DNA from: Octopus sinensis
Taxonomy: Eukaryota
NCBI RefSeq assembly: GCF_006345805.1
Contig: NC_043002.1
Span: forward strand, 37,944,001 to 38,008,000
Direction of reading: 5' to 3'
DNA: 64,000 nt
The notes below the pieces were generated by a model that worked only from the letters and a program-made list of their open reading frames with translations, had not been told where the DNA came from and did not search any database. Every line of letters starts with the position of its first letter. Within the stretch, counting starts at the first letter, position 1. This document shows positions 25,739-39,676 of this stretch, in pieces. The translations under genes were made by a program, and so were the position numbers.

Positions 25739-25747
<9 letters not shown>
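25574..25747 (-). mobile_element. Solo, truncated copy of the pseudo-LTR of the 47-51 kb PLE
   Basis: Near-identical reverse complement of 47281-47437, in (TA)n, ending with a 19-nt inverted segment. Confidence 0.93.
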
Positions 25748-25778
<31 letters not shown>

Positions 25779-25888
25779 TTATAAAAAGTGTAGGTGGCAT
25801 ACGAGTTTTTTCAAGAATCGAAACATCTAAAATCTCTCAGAAAATTAGAAGTTATCTTATATAGGTGGCGTTTTTTAATCTTCTTTTT

Positions 25889-25976
<88 letters not shown>

Positions 25977-26399
25977 GTGTGTGCGTGTATGTGTATGTGT
26001 GTGTGTGAGTATACTATATATATATGTGTATTATGTATCTATCTATCTATCTATCTATATATATATATATTCTAATTTGCTTGCTCTGTCACATAATCAT
26101 TTTTAATTTATGACTGAGCGTCATTAAAGTTTGAATATCTACACAACCAATTACAAACTAAAACAAAACATATGACTGCAGCAGTCTCATGTAATTAACA
26201 GTTGTTTTATTATATATAATCACTGCTTTTGTGTAATATATGAATGTTTTGAATTTTGTTCTCTGCTTCTGTGTATCTCTGTCAGTGATTTGTCCTAGTA
26301 TGTGCATGTGTTAGTGTGTACTTATGTAGATGCGGCATCAGATGCTCACTAGCATTAAAACTCAATAAAAATAAACCTCAAGCAAAATAAATTATAATT

Positions 26400-27625
26400 T
26401 CATACAACCGGTGTCTAGCCGCACTTTCAATAATAAATGTATTTGCTAATGTCAATAGGAACGATGACTTGGGTTAATCTGACATGTCGTGATGTAACTT
26501 CTTGGTGGCAGACTTCCAACAACAATTTCTACGTTTTTTCCCCTTAAGCTAGTGATGTTCATATTTGATGTTGATCGATATGCTTATTTCCAGAGGCAAC
26601 GTGCTGTTAAGTTCTTGGTGAACGAAAGGCGCAGGCTACAGTTTGTTAACATAGACAACTCCATCAACAAGAGTGATGTGCACAGACGAACGAAGAATTT
26701 TAAAGAAGGGGAAACAATCATTGAAGATAAATCATGCTGTCGAAGGCCAAGAACTTTGACTACTGGCATGAAGCGTCAGCGCAGGAAAGAATTGATTTGT
26801 GCCGACATACGAGCCACTACCTGTATGCTTGTTGCATAAGTGGTTGTGGTCACAATGCATTACAGAAAATGGTGGAAGAATGGTCATCAGAAAGTGTGTA
26901 CAAAGTGGGTACCTGGCCGTTAACAACTGGTCTGATGAACAGAATAGTGTAAATTTGCTCTAATCTGCTAAAAACATTTGATGTCAATGAAGACAGCTTC
27001 TTGCGCCTGGTGACAAAGGATGAAATGCGGGGTTGGTCCAGGGAGTGATATCACACCTCTTGTCCAATACCTAATATTTATGAACCAGTTGTCTTTAAAA
27101 AAATCATAGACACTTATTTTTAAAGATAACAAGAGCGTCTTTCTCCACTTTCTGCCATGTGGCAATACCGTAAAAAGCGGGCGGCACATGGAGACACTCC
27201 CTCATAAAACTTAGGGAATCTATTAGGACGAAAGCAATTGAATAAGACTCTGAAAACGACTTGCAGCATTCATTATGATAATATGCAACCATATACATCT
27301 TGGACAACAAATCAGAAAATCATTTAATTGGGCTGCTCAGTGACCCTAATCCACTGTACCACCCAGATCTGGATCCCTCCGACTTCGAGTCATTTGGTCA
27401 AATGTAGAAGAGTATTGGTAGCCAATGACTTGATAATACAGATGAAGTGAAACCGGATGTGCAGACGATGGTAGAACATTGCACATCTGATATTTTTTAG
27501 AGAAGATTCAGGTTCACCGATTGCGTAAATGCTTCGTTTGTGATGGAAACTATGTTCACTTTTAGTTTTGCAGAGAGGAGGATTTACTCTAAAAATGAAT
27601 GCAAATTGAATGACCTGCCTTTGTT
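26400..27625 (+). mobile_element. Decayed mariner transposon
   Basis: Broken frames give RQRAVKFLV.E, RKVCTKWVP..LT, RLVTKDE and PL(Y)HPDLDPSDF-like segments. Ends are uncertain. Confidence 0.75.
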
Positions 27626-27838
27626 AATAAAAAATAAACTGATGTCCGCTTTCGAATCCATTCGGTAGAACTCTCGCGAAAACATATTTTATATAAGTTT
27701 GTGTGTGTATATATATATATGGATGGAATGATGTATACAAACACACACAGATAAACAAATATATAATATACAGAGTAAATATAATATATATATATATATA
27801 TATATAAATAGACGAAACTATTATTATTATCATCATTA

Positions 27839-27939
<101 letters not shown>

Positions 27940-28501
27940 ATAAACGAAATTTATTAGATATGTTTATAGATAATATTCTATGTATTATGAATATTTTTTC
28001 TCTGTAAGACTACATAATGTTTCCTTTTAAAAAATATTTATATCAATATTTTCTGTTTTATTGTCAGCAGTAGTATTTATTTTTTTTATTAAGATTTCTC
28101 TTTCACAGCGACATCAGTCATTTCTATTTTACTGACACTTTTTTGTCAAGTTTTTCATATTTTGTTTTCTCTCCACTCCAATTACATACACTTCCTTTCC
28201 TCTTCTTTAAAAATCATACTTTTGATATTAACTAATCTGCCGTGCAAGTTTTTTTAGTTTGCGCGTACTAAAAAAAATCTCACATTTTCATAACTGATAT
28301 GCCACTTATAAATGTTGAATTTATTTACCGATGGAGTTAATTTAGACAATTTAGCGGATTAATTTAATTATGTTCTCCAAACGCATATGACAAAATATAA
28401 TCATATTTTCACTCTTCTATCCCCCTCATTACCGTAATTACCATTTAACTTTATTTCCATCAAACTCTGAATACGTTTTCATATCCAGTATAGCCTAATG
28501 T

Positions 28502-28540
<39 letters not shown>

Positions 28541-28913
28541 CAATGATAAAATGTTTTTTGGCTAATTTTGAAAGAAAATCGGCACTTTTTGTAATTGGTG
28601 CCGAAAAAACACCGCGCGTGCGCAGTGGATTTTGAAAAATTATAACATGTAAACACGAAGCATGTTCTTTATCACCTCGTGTTTATATGTTAAGCTTTGG
28701 CTTCCTGCTGATGAGAGCTTCGCAAATTGTAAATTATTTTATTTACAAAAGATTGCTTGAAACTATGCATAGTCCAGGAAATATAAGGTAAATGTTTTTT
28801 TTTATTTTTCATTCCCTTTCGAAATTACTCCTAGTAGTGGTTTGTAGTCTAACTACTCTTTCTAGCGAGTCAAATGTCCTGTTATGTCCATCTCTTATAT
28901 GTTTAAATGTACA

Positions 28914-28916
<3 letters not shown>
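28541..28916 (+). mobile_element. 376-bp (TA)n-flanked HHR element (retrozyme/pseudo-LTR-like monomer)
   Basis: Bounded by long TA runs on both sides; contains a canonical HHR and two hairpins (28579-28604, 28643-28692). Confidence 0.7.
28702..28780 (+). ncRNA. Canonical type I hammerhead ribozyme
   Basis: Helix I TTCCTG/CAGGAA; CTGATGA 28708-14; helix II GAGC/GCTT capped by TTGTAAAT/ATTTACAA; GAAA 28759-62; helix III perfect palindrome CTATGCATAG; GUC site with cleavage after 28774. Confidence 0.88.
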
Positions 28917-28985
<69 letters not shown>

Positions 28986-29154
28986 ATATATATACATATA
29001 TATGTGTGTGTGTGTGTGTGTGTTAGTGATACAACCAGGAAGAAATATCACTCAGAACATGAGCATATACATACACACACACATATATATATATATGAAC
29101 GAAACCCCTATGTGTTTGGCATGAATTAAAACTTCAAATATTTTCTTTCAACTA

Positions 29155-29390
29155 TTCCTGCTCGTGATCGGTGATGCACATACCATCAGCGACAAAAGAC
29201 ATACTGTCATTTAAGGTTAAGGAACTGACAAGTAAATCTATGGTATTGAGCAGAATGTTTGTTGTAGAAAATCTTTTATACCAAGACAAAACATGTACAT
29301 GTTAACACTTCCAATCAATTAAAATGATAACCCATGAGAGGAACTGCTCAGTATTGCATCAGGGCATTTATTATTATTATTATCATGATT
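29155..29390 (+). mobile_element. Retroposon 3' tail fragment ending in (TTA)n
   Basis: CCTGCTCGTGATC..GAGCAGAATGTTTG..GCATCAGGGCATTTATTATT; a weaker related stretch lies at 20030-20150. Confidence 0.45.
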
Positions 29391-30079
29391 ATAATTATAT
29401 GTTGAAATTTTGTTTTGTAAATCTAAGTCCCATGTAGAGACTTCAAGAGACAGCAGGTTAAAAGTTCAAGTTGGTATTATTCCTAGGGTGGTTGATTACT
29501 GACATGTCTTTGGATTTTTACAAAATATTGTTCCAGAGAACGTCTGGCATAAAATAAGGAAATTGAAAGTTTGTTTTAAAAGTAGTTTGGTGATAAGATG
29601 ATTGTGTGATCTTAAAATGGCAGCAAAAGGTGTTTGTTTCTCATGCGGGTATTTTCATAGACCTAATCTACGTAAATGATTCATATTGCAGTCAAGAAAT
29701 TATCAAGGTTATTGATATGAACAATATAATACATATGGCAGTAGATGTGGCGACGTCCATATTGAGACACAAAAGTTTAGCCAACAAGTCTGCGCCAGAT
29801 GTAAAAGATTTTCAAGCCAGTGTGGCTGAGAAACCCATTTTGCAATCACGTTGACAAGTGTTGTCTACCATAACTGCGGGCCGACCAATGCTTAGAGAAT
29901 GAATTTAGTAGAAGGGAAACCGTGGAAGCCCATCGTGTATTTATGTATGTATATGAATATGTATACGTATGCTTGTATACGCAGGTGTATCTGTGTTAGT
30001 GTGCGTGTACTCGTGTGAGTGTATAGACACACATACACACACATTCACATATATATCGGGAAGGCCAATACAATCGTGA

Positions 30080-30368
30080 GGCCAATACAATCGTGAGGTT
30101 TCGAATTCGATTCTCGGACCGGCATGAATATTGTGTTCTTGTGCTAAACATTTTATTTCACGTTGCTGCTGAAATGAGTTGCGACTTCACTTGTACAAAA
30201 CTGTGTCGGCTGTTAACGTTCCCATGGAAACTTCGCAACCGTGGAGAATGGGATCTGGTATGCATTGATGACGGCTGGTCTTCCACAAATAAATTTTTCG
30301 GACTTGTGCTTTGCAAGGGAAATTTCTAGGTGAAATCCTACGGTCATTCCTGACCAAATGGTATCTTT
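30080..30368 (+). mobile_element. SINE family D, diverged
   Basis: Aligns with 42630-42920 (TTTATTTCACGTTG..GAAATGAGTTGCGAC..GGTCTTCCA..TTTCTAGGTG). A 17-bp tandem duplication AGGCCAATACAATCGTG sits at its 5' side. Confidence 0.7.
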
Positions 30369-30684
30369 ATATACATATATAAGTATATATTGGTGTCTTT
30401 GGGGTATTACTTGGCCCTATCATCTATTAAGCAGTGTTAATTTCTTTACGACCCGTATTCCCGTCGTTCGGTAAAAATCACCTATAGATTAAGAGACAGA
30501 CTTTTAAAAAACATACGTACTGGAATAGATCAATTTGTATAAACCATCTGAAGTGGTGCCCTGTCATGGCTGCAGTCTAATGACTGAAATAAATAAAAGA
30601 TACGATAGGCACTTCAGTTGAAATCTTGAGAGTATTGTTGATACGGAGACCAATCGTAGATGTATTAACACATACATATATATG

Positions 30685-30715
<31 letters not shown>

Positions 30716-30782
30716 GCGTGTGTGTTTGTACGTGTGTGTGTGTGTGTGTATGTACGTGTGTGTATGTATGTATGCGTATATA

Positions 30783-32002
30783 CAGACGTTGGACAAAATA
30801 ATGAAAACACCTTAAAATTTCAAACGAATTTATTTTAATATGGAGTAGGACCGCCATTGGCAGTAATTATAGTTTGAATTCTACGAGGTATGGACTCGTA
30901 CAAAGTCTGAATTGTTTCCAAAGGAATTTTTGCCCATTCTTCAGCTAAAATAGTCTCTAGTTCTTGTAGTGATGATGGTGGAGGATATCGACTCCTTGCT
31001 TGTTTCTCTAAAATGCACCATAAATGTTCAATAATATTAATATCTAAGGATTGTGGTGGCCAGATAAGATGTTCAGCCCTACTAAAATGGTGCATTATCA
31101 TCCTGAAAGATTGCGTTACCCGCCAGAAATAGTTCCACAAGCATAGGAGGAATTTGATCAAATAAAATGCTTAAGTAATCTTGACTATTAATTCTGCCAT
31201 GAAGAGAAACCATTGAGCCGGCGGATTTCCAAGATATAGCCCCCACCTCAAAGATCACAGATCCTCCTCCATGTTTAACAGTTGGAAGAAGGCAGTCTGG
31301 ATCAAATGCTTCTTTTGGCTGTCTCCACACGTGGCTGGAAATAAGGTAACGGATGACTCGTCTGAGAAAATAACATTCTTCTTCTACTTTAGGGATCAAT
31401 TCTGTAGGCTTTACACAATTCTAAATGCTTTGCAATGTTTGTTTTTGAAAGTGGTTTTCTGATTGCAGCCCTCCCGTGAAATCCGGCTTTGTGCAGCTCC
31501 CGGCGAACAGTTTTTGGGTAAACTGGGTTCTCAAGGGGGTCGTTAAAATCTGCAGTAATTTTGGAGGCTGTACTTTTCTGATCCTTTCTAACAATTTGCG
31601 TATAAGTCCGACAGGCCCTATCTGAAAGTTTTGGTTTCCTTCCGGAGTTTTGTTTCGACGAGGAAGTTTTCCCTCTTTCTCAAAGACTGTCATTACTTTC
31701 GAGACAGTACTTCTTGATACACCAAACATTTCGGCTGTTTTCCTTACGCTAGCGCATGACATACGAGCACAAACAATTTGACCTCTTTGAAAGTCCGATA
31801 GCTCTGTCATTTTAATGAATTTTAATTAACTTTTTCTGATGATATCTGAAAAGAAACAGCAATTTTAGCAAAACATATTAAGCAACACTAATAATAAATA
31901 TTAAAAAAACATAAAAATCTACAAGCATTTGACGGTTTTATAGATATTTTAATATTATGATGCTATGATGCTATGTGTTTCTATTATGTTGTCCAACTCC
32001 TG
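30783..32002 (-). mobile_element. Tc1-family transposon with frameshifted transposase (31810 to 30835)
   Basis: TIRs CAGACGTTGGACAAAATAATGAAAACAC and a degenerate copy at 31975-32002, both flanked by TA. Motifs MTELSDFQRGQIV, PTVKHGGGSV, FQDDNAP, WPPQSLDINIIEHLW. Confidence 0.95.
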
Positions 32003-32094
32003 TATATATATATATATACATACATGCATATATACATGTATATATACACACACATATATATATATATATCCGGTTGCATATAAATATATATATG

Positions 32095-32222
<128 letters not shown>

Positions 32223-32473
32223 CTATTTGCATACTATTTGAATTGCATATTTGATCAGCCCAAAATGTTTTAAAATTTTATATACAAATTTACATGAATC
32301 ATTATCGACATTTGGCAAAAACATTTAATTTGGTTTTGTGTTTCTGATTATATAACAAACCAATGTATAATTAATTGTCTGGAACACTAGACATGATTTT
32401 TCTTTATATATTATGTGTATTGTGTGTGTGTATGTGAGTGTGTCTATGTTTGAGCATAAACACACACACACGA

Positions 32474-32504
<31 letters not shown>

Positions 32505-33183
32505 TACATACCAGTGATATTCACAAATATTTTAAACACGCGACGAAATTATGAGTTAAACATAGCAAAGAAATTTGATGAATAAGAAATTTTTAAGTAT
32601 TGTGCATAGCTATAATATATAGAAACACACACAAAAACATGTGTAAGTAAGTCCTGGCACTATGACTTGCGAACCGCTATTATTACAAAACACCTTCCGT
32701 ATAAACCTTTTAGATTAAAAATTCATGCTGTAATACAATTAATAGTTATAAAGAACGAGCAGAAGGCTCTACAACTTGTATAAAATCAATTCACTTTTCC
32801 ACGCTTCGTCGGTTCGAAGGAGAAACACGGCACGCTTTCACCTTTATAAAAATCGTCTTGTAAACTCAGCATATATTCTTTTATTTGTCATTTTAGATCG
32901 TTTTTTCGCGTGTTTATCTTTGCTTCCGTCAGCATACTTTTAAAGTGTAATGTCAATGGAAACGACAGTGATTCATGAAACAAAAGAGAAAGTTAGACTG
33001 CTAAAAATTGAAAGTCACAAATCGTAGGGTGTTAAGTGAATTGCCAATTGACATTAGAAAATTTTAGATTACATTCTGTCAATGGTCGAGATAATATTAG
33101 GGGACAAAGTGTGACTGGATGAGGCAATGTTTTGTGCTGATAAAAACTACAACTATTCCTAAACAATACAGTGGTATAATAAA

Positions 33184-33375
33184 GGCAGCGAGCCGGCAGG
33201 ATTATTAGTACGTCAGGTAAAATTCTTAGCGGTATTTTGTCCGTTTTTACGTTCTGAGTTTGAATTTCGCCGAGGTTAACTTTGCCATTTATCCTTTCGT
33301 GCTCGATAAAATGAGAGATGTAATCGACTTACTTGCTCACCAAAAATTGCTGACCACTGTGCCAAAATTCTAACA
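33184..33375 (+). mobile_element. SINE family A
   Basis: GGCAGCGAGCCGGCAG..TACGTTCTGAGTTTGAATTTCGCCGAGGT..GTAATCGACTT. Confidence 0.8.
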
Positions 33376-34299
33376 ATTCAGTGGTGCAATGGAAAAAAGG
33401 ATATAGGATTTAGGTAATTTAATCAGCAGATATTAATCAGCTAAATATTCTAATTAACCTTTGCTTGGTGCAATTAGAAGATGAATCATTACACTGATTA
33501 AAAAGGTAAACGTGTAGTAAGTAGATGTGACAATAAAAATAAAATTGTTGTGAATAGGGGCTGGTTCAATGATATTAAAGCGGAAGGAAAGTATACATAA
33601 ATATTATAAAGGATAAATACTACTACAAGCGCTGCAGATCACCTCGGTAAATTTCAAGTGATTGCTATTTATTCTACATATGCTTAACGTAGATGCGCCT
33701 GTGTTATTTTATGTGGTGGGCACTTTCCATAGGAGTATACACTTTAAACACATGAAAAGTGCTATACGGCTAAAGGTATACAAAGAGAGTCTAAAGCTCT
33801 ATAAATCTTAGTTCATATCTCTGAATGATTGAAGCCTATTTCCTAGAAATTTGTATTTCTTAGAGAAATACAAAAACTAAGATATTTTCCAAGAGAACAA
33901 AAAAAACTATGATTACAAAAGCTATCTTCAAAGATTGGTTCCCAAATAATTTTGCCCTTGCTACTGGACACTATTTCTAGGCTAATAAAATTCACTACAC
34001 GCCTGGACTGTCAAGCACGTTATATGAACTTCATTTTAATTTTAAAAACCCTTGTTGGCTCACCTGTACGCATCACCACGACAACCTTCTGCAACTTTTA
34101 AGGTTTACATCAGACCTTTCCACAAACACCTAAAACTATTTAAAATTACGGAATGAATTTAAAGTAGTTCTGGAAAAATTATAACATCTACGACGGCCTC
34201 AGAAGCATTCCATATTCGGTACACGATGCGAAAAATTATTTAAATAAACGTATATGGAACAAAATGTAATGCCAATTCGAATATGCTGTTCGGGTGTTT

Positions 34300-35092
34300 A
34301 CGACTCACAACTTGAAGCCAAGCAAACTGTGCTTGATGCTCGTAATTATAAATTGCACCTGTATATCAACGAAGATGATGCTACGCAGGTTCTTGTATCC
34401 CACAGTGATAGGTATTGAATGGGACTAGAGCAATAGTGATGTCAGCTAATAAAGACGGCCAAGATCAAATCACAAGAAGATTTTGACGTAGTATTTAACT
34501 GATGACTTTAACTCAAATCAAGTATGACGAAAATCGAGGAGCAAGATACTAAAGCTCAGATACTTACCAAAAATTAGTAGGCAGCTTCGAGAGCATCATC
34601 TACAAAGTGGCCATTTATAACGATTGAAAGAAATATGTTCAAGCGTTCCTTGGAATAGTTCTACAGGAGTGGCTGTGTGGCAAGTAGCTTGCTTGCCAAC
34701 CACATCTTGAAAGGGGCAATATCATGAACAGAGAGTACTTTGCCAACTTGTTAAGGTATTTACGAAAGACTATCGACACCATACTCCCAGAAAAATTGAC
34801 GAAAACTGTGTTTCATTAGAACAATGCTCCAGTACACATGTCCTTCGTTTCAATGGATGTTATTTTGAACCTATTGATCACCTTCACTACTCTCCTGATT
34901 TGGCCATATCTGACAATCATCTGTTCTTCAACATGAAAAAAATACCTGCTTGGGAACCAGTCTCAGAGTGATGATGACGTCCTATCTGTTGTTGTTTAGT
35001 TTTTTGATTAACAGGACGAAAACTTCTTCGCCAATGGGATGCAAGCTGTGCAACACAGATGGAATAAATGTGTGAACCACAGGAGGGGGATT
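34300..35092 (+). mobile_element. Decayed mariner fragment interrupted by a 40-bp SINE B head (34665-34704)
   Basis: [48 protein letters not shown] motifs in broken frames. Confidence 0.75.
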
Positions 35093-35159
35093 ATATATAT
35101 ATAATGTATGTATATATTTTTGTATACATAAATATATATATACATATACATACATTATA

Positions 35160-35199
<40 letters not shown>

Positions 35200-35262
35200 G
35201 TATGTATATATATATATGTATACATAAATATATATAGATATTTATATATGGATGTATGTATA

Positions 35263-35400
35263 TGTGGAGGCGCGTGGCTTAGTGGTTAGGGTGTCAGCAT
35301 CCTGATCGTAAGATTGTGTTTTCAATTCTTGGACCGGGCGATGCGTTGTGTTCTTGAGCAAATCACTAAATTTCACGTTGCTCCAGTCCACTCAGCTGGC
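35263..35400 (+). mobile_element. SINE family D head
   Basis: GGAGGCGCGTGGCTTAGTGGTTAG (A box)..TTCTTGAGCAA..TTTCACGTTGCTCCAGTCCACTCAGCTG. Confidence 0.85.
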
Positions 35401-35418
35401 ATATATATATATATAATA

Positions 35419-36403
35419 TTCGGTTGGCAAGAAAGTAATTTCGTTTTTCGCAAATAGTTACGATATTTTTGATCGACGAGCCAATATTATGATGATTTCC
35501 TTTTGACATTTGGTGGCTGTTACGTTTAGCTTTTGAATCTGATTGTCATATAACTGTGCGAGAGATTCCAGCGAGTTTAAATGTATCACACACAACAATT
35601 GAAAATCACTGAAAATGTCTTGGACGCGTAAAAAAGCTCGATATTTGGGTTCCACATAAATTGAAAGAGATTCATTTAACACAACGAATCAATATTTGCG
35701 ATAGGCATTGCAAACGCAATGAAATCGACATTTTTGTTAAACGAAGCATCACTGGTAATGAAGAATGGATTGTCTCCAATAACATCAATCGAAAACGATC
35801 ATGGTCCAAGCGTAATGAACCAGCACAAACCATATCGAAAGCTGAATTGCATCAAAAACTGGTCATGCTGTCAATTTGGTGGGATTAGAAAGGTATTTTA
35901 TATTTTGAGCTGCTTTTAAATAACCAAACGATCAATTCAGATGTTTTCTGACAACAACTAATGAAACTGATGGAAGTAATCAAAGAAAATGGCCAGAATT
36001 GGCAAATCGTAAAGGAATCGTGTTCCAGTATACCAACGCTAGACTACAGACGTCTATGCTAACTCCTGAAAAATTACTGTAGTTTGGTTGGGAAGAGATA
36101 TCAAATACACCATATAATCCTCACCTTGCACCTTCTGATTACCATTTATTTCGAAGTTTCCAAAATTCTTTGAATGGTAGAACTTTCTATAATGATGATG
36201 ACCTGAAATCGCACTTGCTTCAGTGTTTGGCTGATAAGGACCAATAGTTCTATGATCGCGGTATCATGACGTTGCCATAAAGATGGCAAAAGGTCATCGA
36301 ATAAAATGGAAAATATATAATTGATAAAAGTTCATTATTTGTATGGAAAAAAATGATTTTTATTTCACACTAAAAAGTCAAAATTACTTTCTTGCCAACC
36401 CAA
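35419..36403 (+). mobile_element. Mariner transposon, internally deleted, 985 bp
   Basis: TIRs TTCGGTTGGCAAGAAAGTAATT / AATTACTTTCTTGCCAACCCAA. Motifs WVPHKL, ITGNEEW, VMLSIWWD, PYNPHLAPSDYHLF, RWQKVIE. Confidence 0.95.
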
Positions 36404-36973
36404 TGTATACATATATATATATATATATGCAGAACAACAGAAGATCCACACCTCTTCCGGAAGAAACTAGGTCAAAACTTCCTATCACTTATTCGCAATT
36501 CAGCGAAGATAATAGATGAAAGCTGGTACTGGTCACAAAGGGACGGGAGCAATGCATGATGTACACCTGAAAGTAAGACAGCTGGTGAAAACGATAGAGG
36601 TTTATTGACTACTGTACGTACTTTCCTACCAAAACTGACATTAATTCTGGCAGTCAGAAGCATATTGTATAAACCTCAGAATAGGCAGGATCTTTAAGCT
36701 AACACCGGTGTTTGTATGCTTCGTCCTTTATTAACATATCTTTTAAGTATATTTAGTGTTATTAGTAGATAGACTGTTATAATTTGTGTTATTACTTATG
36801 TAATACATTAAAGTAACTTGCGCAATTGTTTGGTGAATAATATTATAATTCTATGCCCCGACTTCACAATAACCGTTGTGTGTCCAAGTTTTTCTATTAG
36901 CTGTGTAATGCTGTTATCTACTTCATTGGGCCCTATTTTAAAATACAAAAATATATTACTAATGAATTATTAA

Positions 36974-37178
36974 GACAGCGTGCTAGCAGAACCGTTAACA
37001 CGCCGGACAAAATGCTATACGGCATTTCACTTGGCTTTACATTCTGAGTTCAAATTAACCTTTCATCATTTTGGAGTCGATAAAATAAGTACCTGTTCAG
37101 TCCTTGGGAGGGGGTCGAAGTAATCAACTTGCCCCACTTCCCCGAAGTTGCTGGCTTTATGCCAAAATTTGAAAACAA
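36974..37178 (+). mobile_element. SINE family A
   Basis: Head, B box TTCTGAGTTCAAAT and GGAGTCGATAAAATAAGTACC domain. Confidence 0.8.
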
Positions 37179-37384
37179 TACGTCTGTCGGATTATTGTTA
37201 TGTTTATTACATCAATATGTTTACGATGTATATGTAAATGTGTGTGTATGTATGTCAGTGTCTAAAATATATACATATACAAATATAATATTTCCTATAT
37301 ATTTGTAAATGTTTTCTGGCAACAAATATGCATAATTATACGTTCGCATGGCTCTATATGTACGAGTTTATGTATATGTGTGCA

Positions 37385-37473
37385 ATATATATATATATAT
37401 ATACATACGTATATACATATATATATATATAGATATATATATATATAATATATATATATATATATAGATATAT

Positions 37474-37516
<43 letters not shown>

Positions 37517-37550
37517 GTATGTATATATCTTAATATATACATTATATATA

Positions 37551-37626
<76 letters not shown>

Positions 37627-37642
37627 ATACATATACATATAT
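37385..37642. repeat. Long interrupted (TA)n microsatellite
   Basis: Direct observation. Confidence 0.95.
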
Positions 37643-37992
37643 ATCCAGTGGCAAAGAAATAGATAGGAAACAGGACGGCGAGAGAACGCTAAAGAACAAA
37701 CGAAAAGACATCACGTTTCACATTTCCGCTTTCAGTTTGAAAATTCTGGGTGTGGGAATAATAGTATTATGTTATTGAAGCATTTACCAAGGATATTTGC
37801 CATGTTACTTAATTGAAAAAGCTATAATTGGGAATGCATTTGTTGTTCTCTAAGGAGGTGTAGGGGGCATACAGTCTGCCTTTGTATCCCCATCCAATCC
37901 CTCTTCCTCTCTCGTTCTCTGCCTCTCACTGTCTTGTCTCTAATATATAAATATTTATTCTTTTATTTGTTTCAGTCATTTTGTCTGCGTCC

Positions 37993-38057
<65 letters not shown>

Positions 38058-38240
38058 TGTATGTATTATGTATGTATGTATGTATGTATGTATGTATGTA
38101 TGTATCTATATATGTATGTCAATAGATAGATAGACATAATGTACACACATACACAGTCACACATGTTTATAGGTATATACCAAGTAAAGAAGAGCGTATG
38201 TTCTTTATTTTTTATAAACACATATGCAGGAACATTCATG

Positions 38241-38311
<71 letters not shown>

Positions 38312-38325
38312 TGTGTATGTATATA

Positions 38326-38382
<57 letters not shown>

Positions 38383-39550
38383 TTGACTTTGTGATATGTA
38401 TAAAAAGAAATTTCAAGTCTAGAAAACAAAACATAATATACATCTTAGGTCACGTAAGGAGTATTCGAACAGTCGCCAAATTGATAATGGAAAGGTGTCT
38501 TAGCTGCCAAAAGCGTAAACTTCCGGCTCCGGCGCAGACTTCAAGAAGAATCCGTTAATATAACAATGTTGCAAGAAGAGTTTTGCTATAAACATGCTTA
38601 GTTGATAGAGTTCTTGATAATTGCAGCATCATGTTGTAATAATATATTTATAGTATCCGAACAAAACAGATGCAACGACCGTTATTGATTAAGTAAATCT
38701 CTTAGCTTTATTACCATTTTTGCTTGTTAGTTTGTTTATTTACTTTTTTTTTGCATTTCCTTTATGATTGCCACTCACGTTCGCATCTTTCAAGTTTTAT
38801 CATAGTGGTTATCGATTTGTCTCTGTCAATATATTGTTGTTGTTGTTGTTGTTATTTGCTCATTACTTCGAGATATGGTTAAGGACAATAACCGAATAGA
38901 TTGTAGGACATTGTTTATACTTTAAGTTGCTTTAAAGGTCAGGATTTCGTATTTACTCTCATTCCTGTTTTTTCTTTTCATTCTTTAATCAAGATATTTA
39001 ACTTTTCTGTAATCTACCATGAGAAGCATTTACATAACATGACTTTTCAAGAATCAAGGAACGACTCATCCGTATTTTTGCTTCGAGTGTAAAGTTTTCT
39101 TCAGTTATAACTCTAACTACCTGTTTTATTCTTTTAATGGCATAAATAAGAAGACTTCAAAAAGAGTGGATCGTCACGTGGTGCTGTTAAACCGGGTGAA
39201 GTATTAAGCGTAACAGTGAAGAATGTATACAGTCTTTTCTCATGCACAGACTTCCACAGAAATCGCGAAAGTACAAACTTTCGAAAATACATTAACAGCA
39301 ACAACGAAACGTATAAAAGGAACCAGCAATGGAGCCTCTATTTAGTCTTTTGAGCTGCCTGAAATAGTAGGTAATAACACCCTACTGTTTTAAATAAAGA
39401 TAAATTACACAATGTTGTCCCAGATAAACAAAATAGGATGGTTGCCGCAGGTGCGTCTTTCATCAATCAACAGCAGTTTCCGATCCGGTGTATGTATACA
39501 CAAGTTATAAACGAGTGAAATATATATGTGTATACATACATACATATATA

Positions 39551-39559
<9 letters not shown>

Positions 39560-39613
<54 letters not shown>

Positions 39614-39645
39614 CGAGAGAGAGAGATAGATAGATATAGATATAC

Positions 39646-39676
<31 letters not shown>

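Noticed and set aside
34495-34545. CTGATGA...GAAA
   Set aside because: Lies within mariner coding sequence and has no flanking helices.
38440-38558. [15 protein letters not shown], reminiscent of an LTR integrase HHCC region
   Set aside because: Too short, with no other LTR-retrotransposon sequence nearby.
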